Assembly: GCF_040329475.1 (NCBI RefSeq)
Contig: NZ_JBDZYH010000013.1
Coordinates: 18,896 to 42,895 of the forward strand
Direction: 5' to 3'
Length of the DNA stretch: 24,000 nucleotides
Origin: Roseibium sp. SCP14
GTDB lineage: Bacteria > Pseudomonadota > Alphaproteobacteria > Rhizobiales > Stappiaceae
The translations under genes and the position numbers were made by a program. Of the stretch, positions 16,508 to 24,000 are shown piece by piece; position 1 is the first letter of the stretch, and the number at the start of each line of letters is the position of its first letter. Below the pieces are notes generated by a model, which was not told where the DNA came from, searched no databases, and worked only from the letters and a program-made list of their open reading frames with translations.

Positions 16508-17023
16508 TTACACTTCCAGCTTTTTCAGAGCTTTGCGAATTCGAACCTTGATCGATCCGGCTATTTCCTTCTCCTGAGCAGAGGTAAGAAAATCAAGCGC
16601 GGCCTTTTTTCTCTTCGGAAACCGGTAGGCGAGGGTCGCCAATCCGTAATAAGCCCAGGCCCGTACCAGTTTGTTTTGCGAAGTGAGTGCCTCGGTGATG
16701 AAGTCGCTGATGGTTGTTTCCGCCTCTGCCGGCACCTCAAGTTGATCAAGGTATTGAAGAATATGCAGTTTTGCTTCCCAGTGCCGGACATGCGGCAGGG
16801 AAGCGAGATGTTTCCTGGTCTGGCTGAAAGAAAGCGGTTCGCCTTTGGTATCGAAATGATGTTTCAACAGCCAGGTTGAGGCGCGCTCGCAGGCTTCGTT
16901 TTCGCTTAAGTCAATGAGCGAACCCAGAAAATCCGGGTCGGCCCGATGAACGGCAAAGACCTCTTCCAGAGGTTTCGTAAGTTTGCCGTCCCACGCAACA
17001 AGAACTGATTGAAGCGTTTCCAA
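16508..17023 (-). CDS. Hypothetical protein, predicted all-helical (possibly a HEAT/AlkD-like repeat; weak)
   Basis: 171-aa ORF with a protein-like amphipathic helical pattern, e.g. 'NKLVRAWAYYGLATLAYRF'. The only available start is the TTG at 17023, because the in-frame stop at 17051-17053 bounds the ORF upstream. There is no internal Met. I could not recognise a family with confidence. The opposite-strand ORF 16424..16879 looks less protein-like. Confidence 0.5.
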   Translation of the reverse strand: METLQSVLVAWDGKLTKPLEEVFAVHRADPDFLGSLIDLSENEACERASTWLLKHHFDTKGEPLSFSQTRKHLASLPHVRHWEAKLHILQYLDQLEVPAEAETTISDFITEALTSQNKLVRAWAYYGLATLAYRFPKRKKAALDFLTSAQEKEIAGSIKVRIRKALKKLEV

Positions 17024-17050
17024 GATCGAGACCCTGTCAGTTGTCGATTG

Positions 17051-17314
17051 TCAAAAGTCGACCGTCAGGCCCTTGATCTCCCAGTCGTCGTAACGTGTCG
17101 GTTCCAGTCCGCCGCGACCATTGACCTCTTCCGGCAGTGCGTCCTGTTTGGCATCGATCTCCTTGCGGCGTTCCTCGGCCTCCTTCAAGGCGCGCTGGGC
17201 CGCGGGCGGCAGGTCTTCGAAGCGTTTTTTGGGCGCGTCCTTGATGCTTGTTTTCAAGGAAGGGACGTCTGTCTGGCGAAAGGTGTCCGTGAGATGTTCT
17301 GGTTTGTCCGGCAT
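17051..17314 (-). CDS. DUF1674 domain-containing protein (SDHAF4/Sdh8-like)
   Basis: 87 aa from the ATG at 17314 (MPDKPEHL...). The C-terminus 'PPAAQRALKEAEERRKEIDAKQDALPEEVNGRGGLEPTRYDDWEIKGLTVDF' matches the DUF1674 signature (GGxEPTRYGDWExKG). The Cys-rich 51-codon 5' extension in the track (to 17467) is rejected. Confidence 0.75.
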   Translation of the reverse strand: MPDKPEHLTDTFRQTDVPSLKTSIKDAPKKRFEDLPPAAQRALKEAEERRKEIDAKQDALPEEVNGRGGLEPTRYDDWEIKGLTVDF

Positions 17315-17361
17315 GGATGCGTTCTTCAAGATTACGTCGTTGTCATGCTTTATAAGATAAG

Positions 17362-17390
17362 CTTGCCAAGATTGGCAGCAATACCCATGT
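17362..17390 (+). promoter_or_regulatory. Candidate RpoH (sigma-32)-type heat-shock promoter upstream of htpX
   Basis: CTTG (17362-17365) - N18 - CCCATGT (17384-17390) resembles the sigma-32 consensus CTTGAAA-N13/14-CCCCATNT. It lies about 77 nt upstream of the htpX ATG. It also contains the palindrome TGCCAA-GA-TTGGCA (17364-17377). This is pattern-based only. Confidence 0.35.
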
Positions 17391-17466
17391 TCAAATCTGG
17401 ATTGAGCGCATTTGTCGCTCGACTTTTGATGGTTGCAGCCAGAATAGGAAACGGAACACAGCGGCA

Positions 17467-18426
17467 ATGAACTATATTCGCACAGCGATGCTTTTGGCGG
17501 CGATGACCGCCCTTTTTATGGGAATCGGCTTCATGATCGGCGGCCAGTCGGGAATGCTGATCGCCCTGGCCATTGCCGCGGCCATGAACGTGTTCAGTTA
17601 CTGGAACGCGGACAAGATGGTTTTGCGCATGCACCATGCACAGCAGGTGGATGAGCGTTCAGCGCCGGAATATTACCGCATGGTGCAGCGATTGGCGCAA
17701 AACGCCGATCTGCCGATGCCCAAGGTCTACATCATCAACAATCCGCAGCCGAATGCGTTCGCGACCGGCCGGAACCCGCAAAATGCGGCGGTTGCCGCCA
17801 CGACCGGCCTGTTGAACATGCTGACGCCCGAAGAACTCGCCGGGGTGATGGCCCATGAGCTGGCGCATGTGAAAAACCATGACACCCTGATCATGACCAT
17901 CACGGCAACGATCGCCGGTGCGATCTCGATGCTTGCGAACTTCGCGTTCTTCTTCGGCGGCAATCGCAACAATCCGCTTGGCATTGTCGGTGTTCTGCTG
18001 ATGATGATCGTTGCGCCTATGGCAGCAATGGTCGTGCAGATGGCCATTTCCAGGACCCGTGAATATGCCGCCGACCGCATGGGCGCGCAGATTTGTGGCG
18101 AGCCGATGTGGCTGGCCTCCGCACTTGGCAAGATCGCGGGCGGTGTGGAGCGAATTCACAATCCCGATGCGGAAGCCAATCCGGCGACAGCGCACATGTT
18201 CATCATGAACCCGTTGTCCGGCGAGCGAATGGACAATCTGTTTTCGACCCACCCGAATACTCAGAACCGGATCAATGAGCTGCGCAAGCTCGCCGATTCC
18301 GGACTTGGAACCGGTGGACGTACCTCCTATCGCAGCGGATCTGCGCCGCAAACCGGCCCATGGAGCGGGACCGGTGGTTCGACGCAAGATAGTGAGCCCC
18401 GCCGGCCGAAAGGGCCTTGGGGCTGA
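17467..18426 (+). CDS. htpX: Zinc metalloprotease HtpX homologue (peptidase M48)
   Basis: 319 aa. It has N-terminal TM helices and the '[14 protein letters not shown]' HEXXH zinc site. A second TM pair is followed by 'EYAADRMGA' (third zinc-ligand Glu region). There is a Gly/Ser-rich C-terminal tail. Confidence 0.92.
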   Translation: MNYIRTAMLLAAMTALFMGIGFMIGGQSGMLIALAIAAAMNVFSYWNADKMVLRMHHAQQVDERSAPEYYRMVQRLAQNADLPMPKVYIINNPQPNAFATGRNPQNAAVAATTGLLNMLTPEELAGVMAHELAHVKNHDTLIMTITATIAGAISMLANFAFFFGGNRNNPLGIVGVLLMMIVAPMAAMVVQMAISRTREYAADRMGAQICGEPMWLASALGKIAGGVERIHNPDAEANPATAHMFIMNPLSGERMDNLFSTHPNTQNRINELRKLADSGLGTGGRTSYRSGSAPQTGPWSGTGGSTQDSEPRRPKGPWG

Positions 18427-18490
18427 CACCCGCCGAAGCGGCAAAAACCGCTTTGCCCGACGCGTTGCACAGCTTAGAGTGATCAGAACT

Positions 18491-18531
18491 GCGCCGCAGC
18501 CGGAGGTCCGGTCTGCGGCGCTTGGTTTTAT
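18491..18531 (+). terminator. Rho-independent terminator of htpX
   Basis: GC-rich stem GCGCCGCAG (18491-18499) / CTGCGGCGC (18513-18521), with further inner pairing CCG...CGG, followed by TTGGTTTTATT. Confidence 0.65.
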
Positions 18532-18563
18532 TCCCGAAAAAAGCCCGAGATTAGGACACTCCT

Positions 18564-19940
18564 TTGACGAGACGCCCCAACAAGAAAGCAAAACCTGCAG
18601 ACAAGCAGGATCGGCAGCAGACCGACAAACCGGGTTTTTCCGCGCGCAAGGTCGCCGCGGACATTCTGGGAAACGTAGTGCACAAGAAACGGCCCCTGGA
18701 TGGCGAACTGGATGTTGCGTCCGGGCACTCCGGTTTTCGGGCTCTTGCGGCGAACGACCGGGCTCTGGTACGGGCGATTGTAGGGGCTTCCCTTCGCCAT
18801 CGCGGTGAAATCTCGGAAATTCTGGAACGCTTGCTGGATCGCCAGATTCCGGAGAAGACAGGCCGGGTGCTCGACATTCTTCATGTTGCCATTGCCCAGA
18901 TGCTCTTTCTGGATGTTCCTGACAGGGCTGCAGTCTCCCTAGCGGTCGATCACGCCGGACTGGATCGAAGAGCGAGGCCATACAAAGGACTGGTGAACGG
19001 CGTCCTGCGCCGCCTGGGCCGTGAACGCGAAGAGATAACGGGCGACCTGGATGCGGATCTGTTGAATACTCCGGACTGGCTGTTTGAAAGCTGGCAGAGC
19101 TCTTATGGCGCGGAAACGGCCCGTGCAATTGCACGGGCGCACCAGGGCGAAGCGGATCTGGACCTGACTGTGAAAAAAGGCCCCGAAGACTGGGCGGAGA
19201 AACTTGAAGGTAGCATCGTCGGAGCCGGAAGTGTGCGCCTGGCTCGAAAAGGTGCTGTTGAAGCCCTTGAGGGTTTCGAAGACGGCGACTGGTGGGTGCA
19301 AGACGCTGCTGCCGCCTTGCCTGCGCGTCTTCTTGGAGATGTAGAGGGTCTGCAAGTTGCGGATCTTTGCGCTGCTCCTGGCGGCAAGACGGCGCAGCTT
19401 GCCGCGTTGGGTGCTGATGTGACTGCTGTCGATATCTCGAAGAGCCGATTGAAGCGCCTGGAGGAGAACATGGCCCGTCTGGGCCTGAAGGTGACGACGG
19501 TCGCCTCGGATCTCAGGGAATTCAAACCGGAGACTCAATTTGATGCGGTCCTGCTTGACGCCCCGTGCAGTGCAACGGGAACTATCCGGCGGCATCCCGA
19601 TGTTCCCTGGATCAAGAAGCCGTACGATATTGAAAAGTTAAGTGAAATTCAGCGCGAGCTGCTTGATGGGGTTCTGGCCTGGGTCAAGTCAGGTGGTTTG
19701 ATTGTTTATTGTACCTGCTCACTGGAAACAGCTGAAGGCGAACGGCAGGTCGAGGCGTTTCTGGAGCGCCAGGCCGGAAAGGTTGAGCTTGTTGCCGTCG
19801 ATGCGGAAGAGATCGGCGGCCTTGATCAATGCGTCACGAACGAAGGGTTTTTACGCTGTTTGCCCTGCCATGTTGCGGGGGCTGATGCCGATTTGAAAGG
19901 AATGGATGGCTTTTTCGCAGCCAGATTCCGGGTCTCTTAA
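18564..19940 (+). CDS. rsmB: RsmB/NOP-family SAM-dependent rRNA (cytosine-C5)-methyltransferase
   Basis: 458-aa ORF with a TTG start at 18564 and no in-frame ATG near the N-terminus. It has a NusB-like N-domain, SAM motif I 'DLCAAPGGKT', motif IV 'LLDAPCSATGTIRRHPD' and motif VI 'YCTCS', which carry the two catalytic cysteines. Confidence 0.88.
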   Translation: MTRRPNKKAKPADKQDRQQTDKPGFSARKVAADILGNVVHKKRPLDGELDVASGHSGFRALAANDRALVRAIVGASLRHRGEISEILERLLDRQIPEKTGRVLDILHVAIAQMLFLDVPDRAAVSLAVDHAGLDRRARPYKGLVNGVLRRLGREREEITGDLDADLLNTPDWLFESWQSSYGAETARAIARAHQGEADLDLTVKKGPEDWAEKLEGSIVGAGSVRLARKGAVEALEGFEDGDWWVQDAAAALPARLLGDVEGLQVADLCAAPGGKTAQLAALGADVTAVDISKSRLKRLEENMARLGLKVTTVASDLREFKPETQFDAVLLDAPCSATGTIRRHPDVPWIKKPYDIEKLSEIQRELLDGVLAWVKSGGLIVYCTCSLETAEGERQVEAFLERQAGKVELVAVDAEEIGGLDQCVTNEGFLRCLPCHVAGADADLKGMDGFFAARFRVS

Positions 19941-20057
19941 CGTGGCATAAACTGTTCACTTGCAATGTTTCTTTAAACGAAATGCTAACCTTAACATTTG
20001 GTTCTGTGACCGGAGAGTTCCCATAGACGCGCTTGAACCATCGATGCTGGGGATGGT

Positions 20058-21845
20058 TTGGTGAATATTGCAAGCCTGAGTGAAAGAAGCCGTGTCTGGC
20101 GACTTTTGGCCCTGCATGTTTGGCAACGTACCCTTAAATGGATGCATGGCGGACCGATTTTCCGCATGCAGCCGTTTTCGGCTGTTCCCGCGCGTCTTCT
20201 GATCGCTCCTCAAGATCTGCGTACTGCAGATGCAACCAACGCTGCCGATATCTATGGCGGAAGATTCCTTTTTTCCGGTCATCTGGTGGAAACGCAAGGC
20301 CGCTCGCCCTTCGAGCTGGAGGCGGTGCACGAAGATTGGCAGCGGGAGTTGCACAGTTTCGGTTGGCTCAGGGACCTGCGTGCTTCCGACAGTCAGATCT
20401 CCCGGCAAAATGCCCGCGCCCTGGTGGAAGACTGGATCAGGTACAGCGGCCGCTGGCACGACGTGGGGTGGGAAGCCGCTGTCGTCACAAGACGTATTCT
20501 GTCCTGGCTGGCACATTCCCCGTTCATTCTCCAGGACGGTGATGCCGAGTTTTATCGGAGTTTCGTCAAATCATTGGCCCGTCAGGTCCGTTACCTGCGC
20601 CGGACCATAAACGAAACCGAAGATGGTGTTGAGCGGCTGCATGCGGCGCTGGCAATTGCCTCCGCCTGTATTTCCATGGCCGGGCAGGGACGGTTTGCGC
20701 GCCAGAGCATTCGCCGTCTGGAGCATGAGCTGACGCGGCAGATCCTTCCCGATGGTGGGCATATCTCCCGTAATCCAAGGGCTCTGATCGACATTCTGGC
20801 CGATCTCCTGCCGGTTCGTCAGGCCTTCGTTTCGCAAGGGCTGGAAATGCCTCCCGCCATGCTGCAGTCCGTCGACAGGATGATGCCCCTGTTGCGGTTT
20901 TTCCGGCACGGGGACGGAGCGCTGGCACATTTCAACGGCATGGGTTCGACACCCAGTGATCTGGTTGCCACGATCCTTGCCTATGACGATGCCCGGGGGG
21001 CTCCACCGGTCAACGCTCCCCATTCTGGATATCAGCGCCTCAGCGGGGCGTCTTCGGTGGTATTGATCGACACAGGTCCCGCTCCTGCAATTTCGGTGTC
21101 GGGTGACGCGCATGCCGGTTGTCTTTCCTTCGAGTTTTCATCCGGAGTGAACAGGCTTGTCGTCAATTGCGGCGTGTCTTCGAAATCCAATCCACTCTGG
21201 CGCAAGGTGAGCCGGTCAACCGCCGCCCATTCGACGGTGACCGTAGAGGACACCTCCTCTTGCCGCTTTCTGTCGGAAAAACCCTTTGGGCATTTGCTTG
21301 GCGCCCCCATCCTCTCAGGTCCTGGGGATGTTCCGCTGGAGCGGGAGGACGACAAGGCCGGGAGTCGGATCACTGCCTCGCATGACGGTTACGCAGCCGA
21401 ATTCAACGTTCTTCATGAGCGCGATCTGCGCCTGTCGGCTGACGGTACGGTGCTTGACGGCATCGATACGCTCAAGGCGGTCGGCGATGTGGACCCTGAA
21501 CAGCTTTACGCAGTTCGTTTTCACCTTCACCCAGGTTTGAGAACGTCGCTGATCCGAGGTGGATCCGCGGTTCTTCTGGTGTGCAGAGACGGGGAGGCCT
21601 GGGAGTTCGAGGCGCCTGGAAGCGAGCTGAGCCTGGAAGAGAGTATTTATCTGTCCGATGTCTACGGCCATCGCAAAACCGAGCAGATCGTCGTTGCCGG
21701 GTCTCTTCTGGAAGCACCGTCCGTCGGCTGGCAACTCCGCAAGACGGCCACCGCCAAACTCAGCCGGCGCGGAACCAGCGACTTTGACGAGATGAATGAG
21801 GCGGATGTACCGGAGGAGCCGCAAGAGCTGCCGCTCGAGGAATAA
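20058..21845 (+). CDS. Heparinase II/III-like family protein (conserved, function unknown in this context)
   Basis: 595-aa ORF; the start is TTG at 20058 or GTG at 20061. '[12 protein letters not shown]' and '[24 protein letters not shown]' match the heparinase II/III-like C-terminal domain pattern. The position between rsmB and purH is one I recognise from alphaproteobacterial genomes. Confidence 0.72.
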   Translation: MVNIASLSERSRVWRLLALHVWQRTLKWMHGGPIFRMQPFSAVPARLLIAPQDLRTADATNAADIYGGRFLFSGHLVETQGRSPFELEAVHEDWQRELHSFGWLRDLRASDSQISRQNARALVEDWIRYSGRWHDVGWEAAVVTRRILSWLAHSPFILQDGDAEFYRSFVKSLARQVRYLRRTINETEDGVERLHAALAIASACISMAGQGRFARQSIRRLEHELTRQILPDGGHISRNPRALIDILADLLPVRQAFVSQGLEMPPAMLQSVDRMMPLLRFFRHGDGALAHFNGMGSTPSDLVATILAYDDARGAPPVNAPHSGYQRLSGASSVVLIDTGPAPAISVSGDAHAGCLSFEFSSGVNRLVVNCGVSSKSNPLWRKVSRSTAAHSTVTVEDTSSCRFLSEKPFGHLLGAPILSGPGDVPLEREDDKAGSRITASHDGYAAEFNVLHERDLRLSADGTVLDGIDTLKAVGDVDPEQLYAVRFHLHPGLRTSLIRGGSAVLLVCRDGEAWEFEAPGSELSLEESIYLSDVYGHRKTEQIVVAGSLLEAPSVGWQLRKTATAKLSRRGTSDFDEMNEADVPEEPQELPLEE

Positions 21846-21979
21846 TACGCCTCCGAGCGCGACCCAACGGCTCAATATGGACGGTTATTGCCAGACAACC
21901 TTCCGATTTTCCTGCAGACGTGTTAGGGCGACGCGCATCACCTGAGATCCGGATCGTCCCTACCTGCGAGGCATTCCTC

Positions 21980-23596
21980 ATGGCCATTGTGTCCAAAGCC
22001 ATTCCTGTTCCCGAATTGGTTCCCGTCAAGCGCGCCCTTCTTTCAGTTTTCGACAAGACCGGTCTTGTCGAATTCGCCAAGGCACTGGCCGAGCGCGGCG
22101 TGGAACTTGTGTCGACCGGAGGGTCCTACAAAGCTTTGAAAGACGCTGGTCTGACTGTTCTGGACATCACCGAAGTGACCGGATTTCCGGAAATCATGGA
22201 TGGCCGGGTCAAGACACTTCATCCCATGGTCCATGGCGGTTTGTTGTCGATCCGTGATGACGCGGACCACCAGGCGGCGATGGGCGAACACGGCATTACC
22301 GGGATCGATCTTTTCTGCGGCAATCTTTATCCGTTCGAAGATGTAGTCGCCTCCGGAGCCGACTATGCGACCGGCATTGAGAACATCGACATCGGCGGGC
22401 CGGCAATGACGCGCGCTGCTGCCAAGAATCATGCCTATGTCACCGTGGTCACCGATCCAGCCGACTACGACAAGGTGATCGCCGAGCTCGATGCAAATGA
22501 AGGGCAGTCGCCGATTGCGCTGCGCAAGAAACTGGCGCTGAAGGCTTTCGCACGAACAGCAGCTTATGACGCGGCTGTCTCCAACTGGCTGGCGGATCAA
22601 CTGGATGAAGCGACACCCGCACATCGTGCGGTTGGTGGTGCCCTTGCAGAAGTCATGCGCTATGGCGAAAATCCGCACCAGACAGCGGGTTTCTACAAGA
22701 CTGGTGAGAACCGCCCGGGAGTGGCAACCGCGAAGCAGCTGCAGGGCAAGACGCTTTCTTACAACAATATCAACGATACGGATGCGGCGTTCGAACTGGT
22801 CAGCGAATTCGATCCCGCGCGGACGAGTGCCGTTGCCATCATCAAGCATGCCAATCCGTGTGGCGTGGCCGAAGGGGCAAGCCTCAAGGTTGCCTATGAA
22901 AAGGCCTTGCGCTGTGATCCGGTATCGGCCTTTGGCGGTATCGTGGCTCTGAACAAGACGCTGGATGCAGCCGCTGCCGAAGAAATCGTCAAGATCTTTA
23001 CCGAAGTCATCATAGCGCCGGATGCCGATGAAGCTGCAAGAGAAATCATTGCCGCCAAGAAGAACCTGCGTTTGCTGGTGACCGGAGGTCTGGCTGATGC
23101 GCGGGCGCACGGCCTGTTCGTCAAGTCCGTGGCCGGTGGTCTTCTGGTTCAGTCCCGCGACAACGGTGTCGTTGACGATCTCGATCTGAAGGTCGTGACC
23201 AAGCGTGCGCCGAGTGAACAGGAACTGGCCGACCTGAAGTTTGCCTTCCGTGTTGCCAAACACGTCAAGTCGAACGCGATCGTCTACGCCAAGGACGGCG
23301 CGACCGTTGGTGTCGGCGCTGGTCAGATGAGCCGCGTGGACTCAGCCCGGATTGCAGCCCGCAAGGCGCTGGATGCAACAGCAGCAGCGGGCTTGAGCGA
23401 ACCTCTGACAAAGGGTTGTGTCGTTGCGTCGGATGCCTTCTTCCCGTTTGCCGATGGGCTTCTGTCAGCTGCGGAAGCCGGTGCAACCGCGGTCATTCAG
23501 CCAGGCGGATCCATGCGAGACGACGACGTCATTGCAGCAGCGGACGAAGCGGGACTGGCAATGGTCATGACCGGGATGCGGCATTTCCGACATTGA
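21980..23596 (+). CDS. purH: Bifunctional AICAR transformylase / IMP cyclohydrolase PurH
   Basis: 538 aa from the ATG at 21980 ([34 protein letters not shown]). 'STGGSYKAL', '[15 protein letters not shown]', 'IIKHANPCG' and the C-terminal 'GMRHFRH' are canonical PurH motifs. The track start at 21920 adds 20 unsupported codons. Confidence 0.95.
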   Translation: MAIVSKAIPVPELVPVKRALLSVFDKTGLVEFAKALAERGVELVSTGGSYKALKDAGLTVLDITEVTGFPEIMDGRVKTLHPMVHGGLLSIRDDADHQAAMGEHGITGIDLFCGNLYPFEDVVASGADYATGIENIDIGGPAMTRAAAKNHAYVTVVTDPADYDKVIAELDANEGQSPIALRKKLALKAFARTAAYDAAVSNWLADQLDEATPAHRAVGGALAEVMRYGENPHQTAGFYKTGENRPGVATAKQLQGKTLSYNNINDTDAAFELVSEFDPARTSAVAIIKHANPCGVAEGASLKVAYEKALRCDPVSAFGGIVALNKTLDAAAAEEIVKIFTEVIIAPDADEAAREIIAAKKNLRLLVTGGLADARAHGLFVKSVAGGLLVQSRDNGVVDDLDLKVVTKRAPSEQELADLKFAFRVAKHVKSNAIVYAKDGATVGVGAGQMSRVDSARIAARKALDATAAAGLSEPLTKGCVVASDAFFPFADGLLSAAEAGATAVIQPGGSMRDDDVIAAADEAGLAMVMTGMRHFRH

Positions 23597-23604
23597 TTGT
23601 AGAT

Positions 23605-23630
23605 TTTCAGCCTAATGGGCTGAAATTATT
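23605..23630 (+). terminator. Putative intrinsic terminator after purH
   Basis: 8-bp stem TTTCAGCC (23605-23612) / GGCTGAAA (23618-23625) with a 5-nt loop, followed by TTATT. It starts 9 nt after the purH stop. The stem is AT-rich, so it is of moderate strength only. Confidence 0.45.
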
Positions 23631-23762
23631 GTAAGAATTGACGAGAGGGTTTCATGAAAAAGCTCTCTCGTTGAAGACCTTGTTAACAACCGAAATGTAA
23701 TCTTGCCAAAGTTGCGGCCGTCTTTATTTGGCCGCTTTCGTGTGAATCGCGGAGATTACTCG

Positions 23763-24000
23763 GTGTTGAAGAAAGCGAAGGTCACTACAAAGCTCATCGG
23801 CGCGAGCGCATTGACCCTTACGGTTGCAATGGCAATCGGAATTAGCGCCATCGGCTGGCAGGCTTCTCAGATTACGAGTGAGCTTGCACGAGAGGAAGCG
23901 GAAACCGTTGCCCGTGAGCAAGCCCAGTTCGTACAACGCGGACTGGAAAAGGGTCTGAAGTCGGCCCAGGCCCTCGGCAGCGCGCTGAGTGGGTTGAAGA
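23763..24000 (+). CDS. Probable methyl-accepting chemotaxis protein, N-terminal fragment (runs off the window)
   Basis: Absent from the ORF track because no stop lies inside the window. Manual translation from GTG 23763 / TTG 23766 gives (M)LKKAKVTTKLIGASALTLTVAMAIGISAIGWQASQITSELAREEAETVAREQAQFVQRGLEKGLKSAQALGSALSGLK. That is a basic N-terminus, one TM helix, then a helical periplasmic sensor start, which is the typical MCP N-terminal layout. Only 79 codons are visible. Confidence 0.5.
   Translation, partial: MLKKAKVTTKLIGASALTLTVAMAIGISAIGWQASQITSELAREEAETVAREQAQFVQRGLEKGLKSAQALGSALSGLK

Noticed and set aside
17315-17467. Cys-rich 51-codon 5' extension of the DUF1674 ORF
   Set aside because: It would consume the whole divergent promoter region up to the htpX start. 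The internal ATG at 17314 gives a size typical of a DUF1674 protein.
17659-19134. 491-aa minus-strand ORF spanning htpX and rsmB
   Set aside because: It is antisense to two well-supported genes and crosses their intergenic terminator. The product is Pro/Arg/Ser/Gly-rich with no motifs. Shadow ORF.
21846-21979. Possible ZTP (pfl-motif) riboswitch upstream of purH
   Set aside because: I looked for the conserved GGGUCGUGACUGGCG ... CCGCCUGGGC elements and found neither. Only a weak bulged hairpin (AGGGCGA...TCGTCCCT) is present. No support for a riboswitch.
22043-23263. 406-aa minus-strand ORF
   Set aside because: Antisense to purH, which is unambiguous. No recognisable domain. Shadow ORF.
1-24000. 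Search for CRISPR arrays, tRNA/rRNA genes, IS elements, integrases, long tandem or terminal inverted repeats, and defence-system-like genes
   Set aside because: No regularly spaced direct repeats, cloverleaf-like segments or transposase/integrase-like ORFs were seen by eye. All intergenic gaps are 170 bp or shorter. A computational repeat and tRNA scan would be needed to exclude short elements formally.

Overview
The window reads as a gene-dense chromosomal segment, most likely from an alphaproteobacterium. I infer this from three things: the aminotransferase-ftsK-lolA and rsmB / heparinase-II/III-like / purH gene order, a DUF1674 (SDHAF4-like) gene, and GC that looks roughly mid-to-high 50s by eye. 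I support 24 protein-coding genes, two of them truncated by the window edges and therefore absent from the ORF track. I saw no rRNA, tRNA, CRISPR array, IS element, transposase or integrase.

The right half (about 10.9-24 kb) is housekeeping: lolA, ftsK, a class I/II aminotransferase, htpX, rsmB, purH.

The left half (about 0.4-10.9 kb) looks accessory. It carries two DMT/EamA exporters, a CitE-like CoA-ester lyase with a DUF1737 gene, a divergent azoR/LysR pair, DUF1330, a PAPS-type sulfotransferase, an AraC regulator and a standalone ATP-grasp ligase.

The most interesting locus is at 7.5-9.9 kb. It is a two-gene operon with overlapping reading frames. The first gene encodes a short (about 511 aa) YjjI/HI0521-type predicted glycyl-radical enzyme. 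The second encodes its dedicated YjjW-type radical-SAM activase. An AraC regulator is transcribed divergently from it. To my knowledge no substrate or reaction has been assigned to this enzyme family.

Several long ORFs in the track are antisense shadow ORFs or spurious 5' extensions, and I rejected them. All homology statements come from reading the translated sequences and recognising motifs. No database search was run.
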